From positions 47,487 to 111,486 of the forward strand of contig CAWHZJ010000019.1 of NCBI GenBank assembly GCA_963833765.1: a DNA stretch of 64,000 nucleotides, in the 5' to 3' direction. The DNA is from an uncultured Solirubrobacterales bacterium. Its GTDB lineage: Bacteria > Actinomycetota > Thermoleophilia > Solirubrobacterales > Solirubrobacteraceae. Made by a program: the position numbers and the translations under genes. Positions 47,155 through 57,810 of the stretch are shown here, piece by piece. Numbering within the stretch: the first letter of the stretch is position 1; each line of letters begins with the position of its first letter. The notes beneath the pieces are model-generated. The model had not been told where the DNA came from. It ran no database searches and worked only from the letters and a program-made list of their open reading frames with translations.

Positions 47155-47727
47155 TCAGCGCGCCACGACCCCCGGCGGGCCCCAGGCCGCCAACACGCGC
47201 CGCGCCTGCTCGTGCCCGAGCACGCCGACGCCCCCCGGGGCCAACGCGAAAAGGGCCCCGGCGGCCGCCGGCTGGCCAAGCCAGCGAGCCGTCAGCACGC
47301 GCAGCATGTGGCCGTGCGAGAACACCACGACATCGCCGTGCGACGGGAGCATCGCGAGTACCGCGTCGGCGCGGGTGCCGACAGCGGCGGCGTCCTCGCC
47401 GTCGGGACATCCGTCACGCCAGAGGTCCCAGTCCGGCCGCTGTTCGCGGATCTCCGGCGTGGTCAGTCCCTCGTAGTCCCCGTAGTCCCATTCCACCAGC
47501 TCGGGGCGCTGCTGCGGCGTGAAGCCGACGAGCTCCGCGGTCTCGCGGGCGCGCGCCAGCGGGCTGCTCCAGACCGCCGCGAACGACCGTCCGCCCAGCA
47601 GCGCGCGCAGACCGAGCGCCTTGGCGCGCCCTGCGTCGTTGAGCGGCAGGTCCGTGCGGCCGGTGTGCTGTCCGCTGGCCGTCCAGTCGGTGTCGGCATG
47701 ACGGACGATCACCAGCTCGGCGGTCAC
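47155..47727 (-). CDS. Histidine phosphatase (phosphoglycerate-mutase-like) family protein
   Basis: LVIVRHADTDW (RH motif), SSPLARARETA and VVFSHGHMLR are present. Last gene of the pentose-phosphate string. Confidence 0.8.
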   Translation of the reverse strand: MTAELVIVRHADTDWTASGQHTGRTDLPLNDAGRAKALGLRALLGGRSFAAVWSSPLARARETAELVGFTPQQRPELVEWDYGDYEGLTTPEIREQRPDWDLWRDGCPDGEDAAAVGTRADAVLAMLPSHGDVVVFSHGHMLRVLTARWLGQPAAAGALFALAPGGVGVLGHEQARRVLAAWGPPGVVAR

Positions 47728-47755
47728 GACCGGCCGTCCGCCAGTGGGCCTTCCA

Positions 47756-48460
47756 CTACACGCTCGCCAGCGCGGCCGTGTCGGCGATCACCGACAGGCG
47801 CTCGTGCACGAGCAGGCTCGCCGGCACCGCGGGGTCGGGGCCGGCGAGCGCCCGGGCGAGCGCCGTGGCCTTCGCGGACCCGCTGGCCAGCAGGATCACG
47901 CTGTGGGCGCTGCGCAGCACCTCGAGGCTCAGCGAGACGCGATCCGGCGGGGGCTTGGGGGCGTCGTGAACGGCGACGACGGCCACGTCGCGCGCATCGA
48001 GCGCGGGGTTGTTCGGAAACAAGGATGCGGTGTGGCCGTCCTCGCCGATGCCGAGCAGCGCAATGTCGAGCACCGGGACCGAGCCGCCGCCGGTGCTCAC
48101 ACGCTCGCGCAGCAGCGTTTCGTAGGCGGTCGCGGCACGCTCTGCGCCAAGCTCTCCCTCGATCCGGTGCACGAGCGCTCCGGGGGCGTGTCCGAGCAGC
48201 GTCTCGGCGACCATGTGGTAATTCGCCGCCGGATCGTCGGGCCCGACGCAGCGCTCATCGCCGAACCACAGCTCGACGCCCTCCCAGCGCTTCGGCTGCA
48301 GCTGCGCGTAGGCCCCCGCCGGTGTCGTGCCGCCGGCCAGCGCCAGATGGGCGATCCCACGGGCGGTCAGCGTGGCATCGAGCAGCTCGGCGATCAGCCG
48401 CGCCGCGCGCTCGGCGACGGCGTCACCGTCGGCGGCGCGGATCACGTTCGGGGCGCTCAC
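47756..48460 (-). CDS. pgl: 6-phosphogluconolactonase
   Basis: LALAGGTTP, FGDERCV, DIALLGIGEDGHTASLFP motifs are present. Its start overlaps the opcA stop. Confidence 0.85.
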   Translation of the reverse strand: MSAPNVIRAADGDAVAERAARLIAELLDATLTARGIAHLALAGGTTPAGAYAQLQPKRWEGVELWFGDERCVGPDDPAANYHMVAETLLGHAPGALVHRIEGELGAERAATAYETLLRERVSTGGGSVPVLDIALLGIGEDGHTASLFPNNPALDARDVAVVAVHDAPKPPPDRVSLSLEVLRSAHSVILLASGSAKATALARALAGPDPAVPASLLVHERLSVIADTAALASV

Positions 48461-49545
48461 GTGAGCATCCCGGCCGCGGCGGTGAGCGCTTCGCGATAGG
48501 TCGGGTCGCGCAGCAGCGACTGCCGAATGCCCTCGCCGAGAATCCCGCCCTCTCCGCGCGAGGCGCCGAGCAGCTTCCAGCGTCGCTCGACGCCCTGGGC
48601 GTCGCGGCTGATCGCCGCCAGGCCGCCGGGGCCGCGGTCGAGCGACAGCTCGCTGGCGTCGCGAAATTCGATCGTGATCCCGCCGAGTCCCGGCACGTCC
48701 TGATGGACCGACTCGAGCTCGACGCGGACCTCACCCATCGCGCCGATCGCGCGACCGTGCCCGTCGCGGGTCAGCTGCCCCTGCGGCCAGCCCAGCCGCG
48801 AGGTCAGCCAGCCGCACAGCAGCAGCGCGGCGGCACCGGACTCGGCGACGTTGCGAATCCGTATCGCCGCGATCTCGCCCAGGCGGTGCCGTTGCGCCGG
48901 CTGGTCGAAGACCGTCGCGATCCGCTCGCGCCACGGCGTCGAACGCAGCCACGCGAGGTCGACCACGTAGCGCTGCGCGAGCAGCGCCTCGGCTCGCCGC
49001 AGCGCGCCGGCGACGTCGGGATCCTCGAGCGAGTCGAGCAGGACGCACTGCGACAGGCCGCGCAGCGCCTCGACCGCCTGCCAGTGCCCGTGTGGCGCCC
49101 AGACCACGGTTGTCAGGTCGGTCACCACGAGCGGGTCGACGATCGTCTCGAGGTGTTCGAGGTGCCCGGGGCCGAGGTCGAGGATCACCGTCTCGTGCGT
49201 GAGCACGTGCTGGCCCTCAAGCGGCGTTGCGTCCGCGGCGATCGAGGCGACGGCGTCGATCGTCCGCCGGCCGTCGCTGACGGCGCAGACGATCGTGCGC
49301 GACGGGTGGTAGCGGCCGACGCGCCGCAGGCGGTTCGCAATCTCGCCGCTCCATTGACGCTCGACGATGCAGATCAGGTTCAGCACCCGCGCCGGTACGT
49401 AGCCGTCGCTCTCGTGGTGACGCTCGAGCAGCAGCTCGCGCAGCGCAGCTTCGATCGCGGCCGGCGTCGTGTTCTGGGCGGCCCAGACGGTGTCGTTGAC
49501 GGCAGGCATCGGTTCTGCCTCAGTCGCCTTCAGATGGCCCGCCAC
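48457..49545 (-). CDS. opcA: Glucose-6-phosphate dehydrogenase assembly protein OpcA
   Basis: 362 aa. Sits directly after zwf with a 16-nt overlap. General resemblance to actinobacterial OpcA; the call is partly context-based. Confidence 0.75.
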   Translation of the reverse strand: MAGHLKATEAEPMPAVNDTVWAAQNTTPAAIEAALRELLLERHHESDGYVPARVLNLICIVERQWSGEIANRLRRVGRYHPSRTIVCAVSDGRRTIDAVASIAADATPLEGQHVLTHETVILDLGPGHLEHLETIVDPLVVTDLTTVVWAPHGHWQAVEALRGLSQCVLLDSLEDPDVAGALRRAEALLAQRYVVDLAWLRSTPWRERIATVFDQPAQRHRLGEIAAIRIRNVAESGAAALLLCGWLTSRLGWPQGQLTRDGHGRAIGAMGEVRVELESVHQDVPGLGGITIEFRDASELSLDRGPGGLAAISRDAQGVERRWKLLGASRGEGGILGEGIRQSLLRDPTYREALTAAAGMLT

Positions 49546-51059
49546 TGATGGCCGTCGAGCAGCAGCGCCTCAGCCTCGACCGGTCCCTGGGTCCCGGCGG
49601 GGTACTGCGGCAGGCGGACGGCGTCCGCGGCCCACTGCGAGACGATCGGATCGCAGATCCGCCACTGCGCCTCGACCTCGTCGTTGCGCGTGAACAGCGT
49701 CGCCTCGCCGCGCATCGCGTCGAGGATCAGGCGCTCGTAGGCCTCCGGCGACTGCGACAGGAACGCGGTTCCGTAGAGGAACTCCATGTTGACCGGGCGG
49801 ATGCGCATCCGCGTCCCGGGGATCTTGGCACCGAGCGACAGCGAGACGCCCTCGTTGGGCTGCATCGTCAGCACCAGCTGGTTGGGCCGCACGCCGAGGG
49901 AGCCGTCCTGCTCGAACGCGAGATGAGGCACCGGACGCAACGTGACCGCGATCTCGGTGACCTTGCGCGCCAGGCGCTTGCCGGTGCGCAGGTAGAACGG
50001 CACGCCCGCCCAGCGCCAGTTGTCGACCTCGAGGCGCAGCGCGGCGTAGGTCTCGGTGTGGGAGTCCGCCGGCACGCCCTCCTCCTCGAGGTAGCCGACG
50101 ACGGACTCGCCGCCGCTGTCGCCGGCGGCGTACTGGGCGCGGACGCTGATCTCGGACAGCTCGTCGGGCGACGGCGTGCGGATCGCGTGCAACACCTTGA
50201 CCTTCTCGTCGCGCACGGCGTCGGCGGCGAAGGTCACCGGCGGCTCCATGCACAGGAGCGTCAGCAGTTGCAGCATGTGATTCTGCACCAGATCGCGCAG
50301 CGCGCCGGCGTGGTCGTAGTAGCCGGCGCGGCTGCCGATGCCGATGTCCTCGGCGGCCGTGATCTGCACGTGGGCGATGTAGTTGCGATTCCACAGCGGC
50401 TCGAACATGCCGTTCGCGAAGCGAAACGCGAGCATGTTCTGGACCGTCTCCTTGCCGAGATAGTGGTCGATGCGGAAGATCTGGCTTTCGGAAAACACCG
50501 ACAGGACCTCGCTGTTGAGCTCCCGGGCCTCGGCCAGCGACGTGCCGAACGGCTTCTCGATCACGGCCCGCACATCGACGTCCTCGGACTGCGCGAGCCC
50601 GGCCGTGCCGAGGGCGGCGACGATCACCGCGAAGAATTCGGGCGCCGTCGAGAGGTAGAAGGCGCGCGCCATCGGCTCGCCGGCCGCGGCGTCGAGCTCC
50701 GCCAGCGCTGCCGCCAGCGCCTCGTAGGTCGCCGCCTCGTTGAAGGCGCCCGCCACGTAGCGCAGCTCGTCGAGCAGGCCGGCGAGCACGCTCTCGTCCG
50801 GTGGCGTGCGTGAGAACGTGCGGATCGACTCGGCGGCGATCTCGCGGTATTCCTCGTTCGAGAGCTCGCCGCGCGAGACACCGATCAGGTTGAAGCGCCC
50901 GGGGAGCGCTCCCTCGTGCGCGAGGTTGTAGACGGCCGGCAGCAGCTTGCGCCTGGCGAGATCGCCGGTCGCGCCGAAGATCACGAGGTTGGTCGGCGCA
51001 ACCGGCAGGCGCTCGAGCCCCTGCGCGAGCGGGTTCGGTCCGAGGTCGGCGACCGTCAC
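49530..51059 (-). CDS. zwf: Glucose-6-phosphate dehydrogenase
   Basis: IFGATGDLARRKL, RIDHYLGKE and EKPFG motifs are present. 509 aa. Confidence 0.95.
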   Translation of the reverse strand: MTVADLGPNPLAQGLERLPVAPTNLVIFGATGDLARRKLLPAVYNLAHEGALPGRFNLIGVSRGELSNEEYREIAAESIRTFSRTPPDESVLAGLLDELRYVAGAFNEAATYEALAAALAELDAAAGEPMARAFYLSTAPEFFAVIVAALGTAGLAQSEDVDVRAVIEKPFGTSLAEARELNSEVLSVFSESQIFRIDHYLGKETVQNMLAFRFANGMFEPLWNRNYIAHVQITAAEDIGIGSRAGYYDHAGALRDLVQNHMLQLLTLLCMEPPVTFAADAVRDEKVKVLHAIRTPSPDELSEISVRAQYAAGDSGGESVVGYLEEEGVPADSHTETYAALRLEVDNWRWAGVPFYLRTGKRLARKVTEIAVTLRPVPHLAFEQDGSLGVRPNQLVLTMQPNEGVSLSLGAKIPGTRMRIRPVNMEFLYGTAFLSQSPEAYERLILDAMRGEATLFTRNDEVEAQWRICDPIVSQWAADAVRLPQYPAGTQGPVEAEALLLDGHQWRAI

Positions 51060-51997
51060 GAGCCGCTCTTCTTGACCGCGTGGCCGCCGAACTGGTTGCG
51101 CAGCGCGGCGAGCACACGGGCGCTGTAGTCGCCCTGCGCGCGGGAGTAGAAGCGGCTGTTGAGCGCGGCGCTCAGTGCCGGCGTCGGCACGCCGTGATCG
51201 ATCGCGTCGGCGAGCGTCCAGCGACCCTCGCCGGAGTCCTCGACCCAGCCCTCGAGCCCGCCGAGATCATTGCCGTCCTCTTCGAAGGCGCGTGCGGCGA
51301 GTTCGCACAGCCATGAGCGAATCACGGACCCCTGGTTCCAGAGGTGGGCGATCTTCGCGTTGTCGAGTTCGAACTCCGACTCCCGGAACAGCTCGAAACC
51401 CTCGGCGTAGGCCTGCATCAGGCCGTACTCGATCGCGTTGTGGACCATCTTCACGTAGTGCCCGGCGCCACTTGGGCCGAAATGCTCCCAGCCGCGCGGG
51501 CCGATCGCGGCGACGGCGTCGGGCGCCGTCGGCGGGGCGAGCACGTCAAGGATCGGCGCGAGGCGCTTGACGGCCCTCGCCGGACCGCCGACCATCATGC
51601 AGTAGCCGACCTCGAGGCCCCAGACGCCGCCGCTGGTGCCGACGTCGACGTAGTGGATCTTCTGCCGGCGCAACAGCTGCGCGCGGTCCTTGTCGTCGGT
51701 CCACTTCGAGTTGCCGCCGTCGACGATCGTGTCGTCGGCGGCGAGCAGCTTGGCCAGCGCCTCGACGGTCTGCTGCGTCGGGTCTCCGGCGGGGACCATG
51801 ATCCAGACGGTCCGCGGAGGCTCGAGCGCCTTGACCAACTCGCGCAGACTCGCCGCGCCGTGTGCGCCGGTCTTGGTGGCGCGCGCGACCGCGCGTGCGT
51901 CGAAATCGAAGGCGACCACGTCGTGGTCGGAGTCGCGGCGGATCCGCGCGACCATGTTGCCCCCCATCTTGCCGAGTCCGACGAAGCCGATCTGCAT
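51056..51997 (-). CDS. gnd: 6-phosphogluconate dehydrogenase, decarboxylating (short Gnd/YqeC type)
   Basis: MQIGFVGLGKMGGNM Rossmann motif and GAGHYVKMVHNAIEYGLMQA are present. 313 aa. Confidence 0.85.
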   Translation of the reverse strand: MQIGFVGLGKMGGNMVARIRRDSDHDVVAFDFDARAVARATKTGAHGAASLRELVKALEPPRTVWIMVPAGDPTQQTVEALAKLLAADDTIVDGGNSKWTDDKDRAQLLRRQKIHYVDVGTSGGVWGLEVGYCMMVGGPARAVKRLAPILDVLAPPTAPDAVAAIGPRGWEHFGPSGAGHYVKMVHNAIEYGLMQAYAEGFELFRESEFELDNAKIAHLWNQGSVIRSWLCELAARAFEEDGNDLGGLEGWVEDSGEGRWTLADAIDHGVPTPALSAALNSRFYSRAQGDYSARVLAALRNQFGGHAVKKSGS

Positions 51998-54717
51998 CAG
52001 AGCATCTCCTTGATCCGGGTGTGGAGGTCGCGCAGCGCGCTCGCTGGATCGCCGCTCAGGCGGACGATCTCGGCCGGCAGGTGGTGCGAGCGCAGCGTCT
52101 CGAGATCGCCGAGCGCCTGCGCGGTCTTCAGCGTGCGGAACGAGTAGCTCGCACCCGGGATCGCGACGTCGGGACCCTCGTCTGCGATCAGCGACAGGAA
52201 GCGCCCGACCGGCGGCCCGCCCTTGTGCAGCTGGCCGGTCGAGTGCAGGAAGCGCGGGCCGTAGCCGAACGTCGTCGCCAGGCGGGTGCCGCGCATCAGC
52301 GTGGCGCGCAGCGCCGACATCTCCTCGTCGAACTCGAGCGACGGCGCGAGATACCCCATCACGGCGATATAGCCGTCCGGCGACCCGCCGCCCAGCAGGG
52401 CCCGCAGCGCCGCGTCGTCGGCGTACTCCGGCGCCGGCAATGGTCCGGCGCCGAGCACGCGCTTGGTGGCGTCCTTGGCCTCCTGGACGTTGGGCTGGTC
52501 GAACGGGTTGATCTCGAGGACCCAGCCGGCAACCGCGGTCGCGAACTCGGCGAGGAAGAACATCCGCCCGAGGTCCTCGCTGCCGTTGACGCTGAGAGTG
52601 AACGTCGGATGCCCGGCCTTGCCGAGCGCCTCGATCCGGGCGTCGGTCTCGGGGTTCACGCGCTCGCCGTCACGCAGGTAGACGAAGACGCGGTCAGCGC
52701 CGTAGTCCTCCGGCTCGAGCAGGGGCTCGTCGGCCACCGGCAGGATTCCGCGGCCGTGCTTGCCGGTGCTCTCGGCGACGAGCTGCTCGACCCACAGCCC
52801 GAAGCTCGCGGTCGGATCGCCGACGACGAACGTCAGCTTGTCGCGGCCGTGGCGGGCTAGCTCGCCCACCGCGAGGCCAAGCCAGAGGCCGGGGTTGGTC
52901 TGCGTCTGCTCGAAATGCGCGCACTCCTGCTCGGCCACCACCGCGCGTTCGAGCAGCGCATGCACCGGAGCACCGATCAGCGCTGCGGGCACGAGCCCGA
53001 ACAGCGACAGCGCCGAGTAGCGCCCGCCGATGTTCGGGTCGTTCTCGAAGCTCGCGCGAAAGTCGTGTTCGCGCGCAAGCTCGAGCAGCGAGCTGCCGGG
53101 ATCGGTGATCGCGACGAATCGGCTGCCGTCGGGCACCAGCGAATGGAAGTGCGCAAAGAGCGACAGGGTCTCGATCGTGCCCCCCGACTTGGTCGAGACG
53201 ACGAACAGCGTGTGGTCGAGATCGACAGTCTCCTCCACCGCCAGGATCGCCGTCGGGTCGGTCGAGTCGAGCACGTGCAGCGCGAGCGAGCCGTCGGTCG
53301 CCCCGAAGGTGCGCCAGAGGACCTCGGGCGCGAGGCTCGAGCCGCCCATCCCGAGCAGCACGGCGTCGGTGAGGCCGTCCGCGGCGCAGCCGCGGGCGAA
53401 CTCGACGAGCTCGTCGGCCCGTTCCAGCATCGCATCGGAGATCGTCAGCCAGCCGAGCCGATCGCCGATCTCCGCGATCCCGGGACCGCCCCAGAGCGAC
53501 TCGTCCTTGGCCCACACGCGGCGCGCGATGCGCTGCTGCACCGCCTGCGCCACGCGAGCAGCCACCGCGTTAGACAGCTCGCCGTCGATCGTGGCGGCGA
53601 TCGCGGGCGGTCGTCCGGTGAGGACCATCTGGCGCGCGCTCTCGATTCCGGCGAGCAGCTTGTCCATCGGCGTCACGAACGCCGTGATGCCCTGCTCGAG
53701 CAGCGTCGCGGTGACGTCGTCGATGTCGATGCCGGCCTCTGCCAGGGCCTTGAGCTCCGGCGTCGGGTCGAGCTGGGCGGTCCCGGGGACGATCGTGGCG
53801 CGCTCGGCGACGGCCAGCAGGGTCTTCAGCGGCATCGTGTTGACGGTGTCGGGTGCGATGAGCCCGTCGACGTACATCGTCTCGGGGTAGGCGGGATTCT
53901 TGACCCCCGTCGACGCCCACAGCGGCCGCTGCACGAGCGCCCCGGCGGCGCGCAGGGCGGCGAAGCGGTTGCCGAGGAAGATCTCCTCGTAGCGCGCATA
54001 GGCGGCGCGCGCGTTGGCCAGCGCGGCGGTCCCGGCGAGGTCGCTGCGCCCGAGCGCCTCGAGGCGCTTGTCCACCTCGGTGTCGACGCGGGAGACGAAG
54101 AAGCTGGCGACCGAATGGATTTCCAGCGACAGACCCGCGTCCGCGCGCCGCTCGAGGCCGCGGATGTAGGCCTCGGCGACCTTGCTGTACTGGTCGACTC
54201 CGAACAGCAGGGTCACGTTGATGTTGATCCCCTCGAAGATCGCCTGCTCGATCGCTGGAACGCCGGCGTCGGTGCCGGGGATCTTGATCATCACGTTCGG
54301 GCGGTCGAGCCGGGCCCAGTAGTCGCGCGCCTGCTCGAGCGTGCGCTCGGTGTCGTGGGCGAGTCCCGGCGCGACCTCGAGCGAGACGAATCCGTCGGCG
54401 TACTCGTTGTAGACCTCGCGCAGCTCGTCGGCGGCATCCTGGACGTCGGCGACCGCCAGGCGCTCGTAGAGCGCAACGGCCTCGAGGCCCTCGTGCGCCA
54501 GCTCCGCCAGCGCATCGTCGTAGTCGTCGGAGCCGAGAATCGCCTGCTCGAAGATGGCGGGGTTGGAGGTGACACCCCGCAGCGAGCACTCGTCGCGCAG
54601 GCGGGCCAGCTCGCCGCTGGCGATCAGACCGCGGCGGATCTGGTCGAGCCAGGGCGAGGTGCCGGCCGCGACGAGCGCGGCAAGGTTGGCGTTGGCGGTG
54701 TGGGGTGCGCTTGCCAT
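51997..54717 (-). CDS. Bifunctional transaldolase / glucose-6-phosphate isomerase fusion
   Basis: Start is at the internal Met 54717. The N-terminal half has TSPWLDQIRR, GVTSNPAIF and VMIKIPGT (transaldolase). The C-terminal half has LLGMGGSSLAPE and VSTKSGGTIET (PGI SIS domain). The 86-aa ORF extension overlaps tkt and is rejected. Confidence 0.85.
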   Translation of the reverse strand: MASAPHTANANLAALVAAGTSPWLDQIRRGLIASGELARLRDECSLRGVTSNPAIFEQAILGSDDYDDALAELAHEGLEAVALYERLAVADVQDAADELREVYNEYADGFVSLEVAPGLAHDTERTLEQARDYWARLDRPNVMIKIPGTDAGVPAIEQAIFEGININVTLLFGVDQYSKVAEAYIRGLERRADAGLSLEIHSVASFFVSRVDTEVDKRLEALGRSDLAGTAALANARAAYARYEEIFLGNRFAALRAAGALVQRPLWASTGVKNPAYPETMYVDGLIAPDTVNTMPLKTLLAVAERATIVPGTAQLDPTPELKALAEAGIDIDDVTATLLEQGITAFVTPMDKLLAGIESARQMVLTGRPPAIAATIDGELSNAVAARVAQAVQQRIARRVWAKDESLWGGPGIAEIGDRLGWLTISDAMLERADELVEFARGCAADGLTDAVLLGMGGSSLAPEVLWRTFGATDGSLALHVLDSTDPTAILAVEETVDLDHTLFVVSTKSGGTIETLSLFAHFHSLVPDGSRFVAITDPGSSLLELAREHDFRASFENDPNIGGRYSALSLFGLVPAALIGAPVHALLERAVVAEQECAHFEQTQTNPGLWLGLAVGELARHGRDKLTFVVGDPTASFGLWVEQLVAESTGKHGRGILPVADEPLLEPEDYGADRVFVYLRDGERVNPETDARIEALGKAGHPTFTLSVNGSEDLGRMFFLAEFATAVAGWVLEINPFDQPNVQEAKDATKRVLGAGPLPAPEYADDAALRALLGGGSPDGYIAVMGYLAPSLEFDEEMSALRATLMRGTRLATTFGYGPRFLHSTGQLHKGGPPVGRFLSLIADEGPDVAIPGASYSFRTLKTAQALGDLETLRSHHLPAEIVRLSGDPASALRDLHTRIKEML

Positions 54718-54728
54718 ATGTCGTCCTC

Positions 54729-56738
54729 TCAGGTGCTCAGGAGTGCGTGGGCCTGCTCGACGATCGCCGCGGCCGTGATTCCGAAATGGGCGTAGACCGC
54801 GGGCCCCGGGGCGGAGGCGCCGAACGTTCGCATGCCGATGACGGCACCGCGCTCGCCGGTCCAGCGATCCCAGCCGAACGGGCTCGCCGCCTCGACGGCG
54901 ATCCGCGGCGTTCCGGGCGCGCCCAGCACGCGCTCGCGGTCGCCGGCCGGCTGACGCTCGAAGCGATCCATGCACGGCATGCTGACGACGCGCGCCGCGA
55001 TGCCGTCGGCGGCCAGCGCGTCGGCGGCGTCAAGGCATAGCCCGACCTCCGAGCCGGTGCCGATCAGGACCAGCGGCGGGTCGCCGTCGGTGTCGCGCAG
55101 GATGTAGGCGCCGCGATCGATCGCGTCGTCGGGGATCAGCTCGGGATCGAGGACGACCAGCGCCTGGCGGGAGAGCGCGAGGGCGGTGGGTGTCTCCGAG
55201 GCGCGCAGCGCGAAGCTCCAGGCGAGCGCGGTCTCGTGGGCGTCGGCCGGTCGCACCACGTTGATGTTGGGCGTCGCTCGCAGCGCGGCGAGCTGTTCGA
55301 TTGGCTGGTGGGTCGGCCCGTCCTCGCCGAGGCCGATCGAGTCGTGGGTGAAGCAGAAGATGCTCGGCAGCTCCATCAGCGCTGCGAGCCGGATCGCGCC
55401 CTTCATGTAGTCGGAAAAGATCAGGAAGGTCGCGCCATAGGGTCGCAGGCCGCTCAGTGCGAGGCCGTTGACGATCGCGCCCATGGCGTGCTCGCGAATG
55501 CCGAAATGCAGGTTGCGTCCCGCGAATGCGCCGCGCTCGACGGCGTCGCTGCCGTCGAGCAGGGTGAGCGTCGAGGGGGCCAGATCGGCGGCGCCGCCGA
55601 TCATCGACGGCACCAGTTCCGCGGCCACCTGCAGCACCTCCTGCGAGGCCTTGCGCGTGGCGATCTTGGTGCCCGGCTCGAAACGCTTGAGCGGTCCCGC
55701 CGGCAGCGTCGGTGGACGCCGCTCGAAGATCGCCTCGAGTTGCTCGGCCAGCGCGGGGTGCTCGTCGCGGTAGGCCGCCAGGCGCTCAATCCACTCCCGC
55801 TCGGCCTGCTCGCCGCGCGGGATCGTCGCGCGGTAGTGCTCGAGCGCCTCGGCCGGGACATAGAACGCCGGCTCGGTCGGCCAGCCATAGGCTTCCTTGG
55901 TCAGCCTCACCTCCTCCTCGCCGAGCGGCGAGCCGTGCGCGCTGGCGCTGTCGTGCTTGTTCGGCGAGCCGACTGCGATGTGGGTGCGACAGATGATCAG
56001 CGAGGGGCGGTCGGTCACCGCCATCGCGGCCCTCGCGGCCTGCTCGAGGCGTTCGACCGCCAGGTCCTCCCCGAGTCGCTGGACGTGCCAGCCGTAGGCT
56101 TCGTAGCGCGCGCCGACGTCCTCGCTGAACGCGAGCTCGGTGTCGCCCTCGATCGAGATGTGGTTGTCGTCGTAGAAGGCGATCAGCCGTCCCAATCCCA
56201 GGTGGCCGGCCAGCGATGAGGCCTCGGAGGCGACGCCCTCCTCCATGTCCCCGTCGGAGGCGATCGTGAAGGTGTGGTGGTCGATGATCTCGTGCCCGTC
56301 GCGGTTGAAGCGCGCTGCCAGCAGCCGCTCGGCGAGCGCCAGACCGACGCAGTTGGCGATGCCCTGGCCGAGCGGGCCGGTGGTCGCCTCGATCCCGGGG
56401 GCGTGCCCGTACTCCGGGTGTCCGGCGCAGGGCGAGCCGAGCTGGCGGAAGTTCTCGAGATCCTCCAGTGCCAGACCGTAGCCGCAGAGGTAGAGCGCCG
56501 AATAGAGCAGCATCGAGGCGTGCCCGCACGACAGCACGAAGCGGTCGCGGTTCGGCCACGCGGCGTTCGCCGGGTTGTGGCGCATCACGCGTGTGTACAG
56601 CGTGTAGGCGACCGGCGCCAACGCCATCGGCGTGCCCGGATGGCCCGAGTCGGCCTTCTGCACCGCATCCATCGCGAGCGTGCGGATCGTGTTGATGCAA
56701 AGCTCGTCGAGCTTTGCGTCAGGCGGGGCTGCGCTCAT
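54729..56738 (-). CDS. tkt: Transketolase
   Basis: Start is at the internal Met 56738 and overlaps the ROK gene stop (ATGA). [33 protein letters not shown] and GEDGPTHQP motifs are present. Confidence 0.95.
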   Translation of the reverse strand: MSAAPPDAKLDELCINTIRTLAMDAVQKADSGHPGTPMALAPVAYTLYTRVMRHNPANAAWPNRDRFVLSCGHASMLLYSALYLCGYGLALEDLENFRQLGSPCAGHPEYGHAPGIEATTGPLGQGIANCVGLALAERLLAARFNRDGHEIIDHHTFTIASDGDMEEGVASEASSLAGHLGLGRLIAFYDDNHISIEGDTELAFSEDVGARYEAYGWHVQRLGEDLAVERLEQAARAAMAVTDRPSLIICRTHIAVGSPNKHDSASAHGSPLGEEEVRLTKEAYGWPTEPAFYVPAEALEHYRATIPRGEQAEREWIERLAAYRDEHPALAEQLEAIFERRPPTLPAGPLKRFEPGTKIATRKASQEVLQVAAELVPSMIGGAADLAPSTLTLLDGSDAVERGAFAGRNLHFGIREHAMGAIVNGLALSGLRPYGATFLIFSDYMKGAIRLAALMELPSIFCFTHDSIGLGEDGPTHQPIEQLAALRATPNINVVRPADAHETALAWSFALRASETPTALALSRQALVVLDPELIPDDAIDRGAYILRDTDGDPPLVLIGTGSEVGLCLDAADALAADGIAARVVSMPCMDRFERQPAGDRERVLGAPGTPRIAVEAASPFGWDRWTGERGAVIGMRTFGASAPGPAVYAHFGITAAAIVEQAHALLST

Positions 56739-57712
56739 CTGGCTTCTCCGTTCTGGCTGTTCAGTTCGCTGCGGGCGAGCAGTGCGGCGCCGCGCACGCC
56801 GGCCTGCGGGCCGGACCGGGCGATGCGGATCTCGGTCGCTGTGCCGACTCCGGGGAGCACGTACTCGAGTGCGACGGAGCGGGCCGGTTCGAGCAGCAGT
56901 TCCCCTGCTGACGATACGCCACCGCCGATCGCGACGACCTCCGGGTCGAAGGTGTTGATCGCGTTGGCGACACCGATGCCGACGCGGCGCCCGAGCGTCG
57001 CGAGGCAAGCGGTCGCGATCGCGTCGCCGGCCTGGGCTGCGGCGACGGCGTCCGGGCCGGCGACCGACCCGCGTGCCGCGAGCGTTACGCCGAGCGCAGA
57101 TTCGGGGTGCGCCGCAGCGGCCTCGCGCGCCAGGCGGTCGAGCACGTGTCCGGCCGCCAGCGACTCCAGCGACCCCGGTTGGGGGAAGCTCGTCGCTGCC
57201 GGGATGAGCTCGCTGAGCGCGATCAGTGTGTGACCGAGCTCGCCTGCCGCGCCGGTCGCGCCGCGGTAGGAGCGCCCGTCGATCACGATCCCGCCGCCGA
57301 CGCCGGTGCCGACCGTGAACATCACCAGGCTGCGGACGTCGAGGCGTCCCTGCGCGTCGTGGGCCTCGGCGAGCGCGGCGACGGTCGCGTCGTTGTCGAC
57401 GAACACGGGCAGCCCGAGGCGCTCGCCCAGCACGGTCCGCAGCGGGACGTCCTGAAGCGGAATGTTGACGCTCGAGCGCACGCGACCGGTGGCGAACTCG
57501 ACGACCGACGGGATGCCGACCCCGACCGCCGCCGGCGACGCTCCGCCGGCCACCTCCCTGACCTGGGCGACGATCTGCGCCAGCAGCGCCTCGGCGCTCG
57601 AGCGTTCGGTCGGCCGCACCAGCGGCTGGCCGACGGCGCCGCCCCGCATGCTTGCGACCGACGTCTTCGTGCCGCCGACGTCGACGCCGATGAGCAGCCT
57701 GGCTTCGGTCAT
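56735..57712 (-). CDS. ROK-family sugar kinase (glucokinase candidate)
   Basis: Start is at the internal Met 57712, giving [34 protein letters not shown] and AGELGH motifs are present. Confidence 0.8.
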   Translation of the reverse strand: MTEARLLIGVDVGGTKTSVASMRGGAVGQPLVRPTERSSAEALLAQIVAQVREVAGGASPAAVGVGIPSVVEFATGRVRSSVNIPLQDVPLRTVLGERLGLPVFVDNDATVAALAEAHDAQGRLDVRSLVMFTVGTGVGGGIVIDGRSYRGATGAAGELGHTLIALSELIPAATSFPQPGSLESLAAGHVLDRLAREAAAAHPESALGVTLAARGSVAGPDAVAAAQAGDAIATACLATLGRRVGIGVANAINTFDPEVVAIGGGVSSAGELLLEPARSVALEYVLPGVGTATEIRIARSGPQAGVRGAALLARSELNSQNGEAR

Positions 57713-57810
57713 GGCGAGCAAGCTATCAGCAGCCCTGACCGCTCTCGTCAACGTCCTGCTGCGCGCCGGCGCAGACGTCAGCTCGGCGGGTTGGCGTATA
57801 CCCTGCGTGG

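Noticed and set aside
47128-49548. 806-aa plus-strand ORF covering the histidine phosphatase, pgl and opcA region.
   Set aside because: The translation is Arg/Ala/Pro-rich with no motifs, and the opposite strand encodes three recognisable pentose-phosphate genes.
49570-51117. 515-aa minus-strand ORF in an alternative frame of zwf.
   Set aside because: It is a same-strand frame-shifted shadow of zwf with Arg/Gly/Ala-rich composition. The zwf frame has the canonical motifs.
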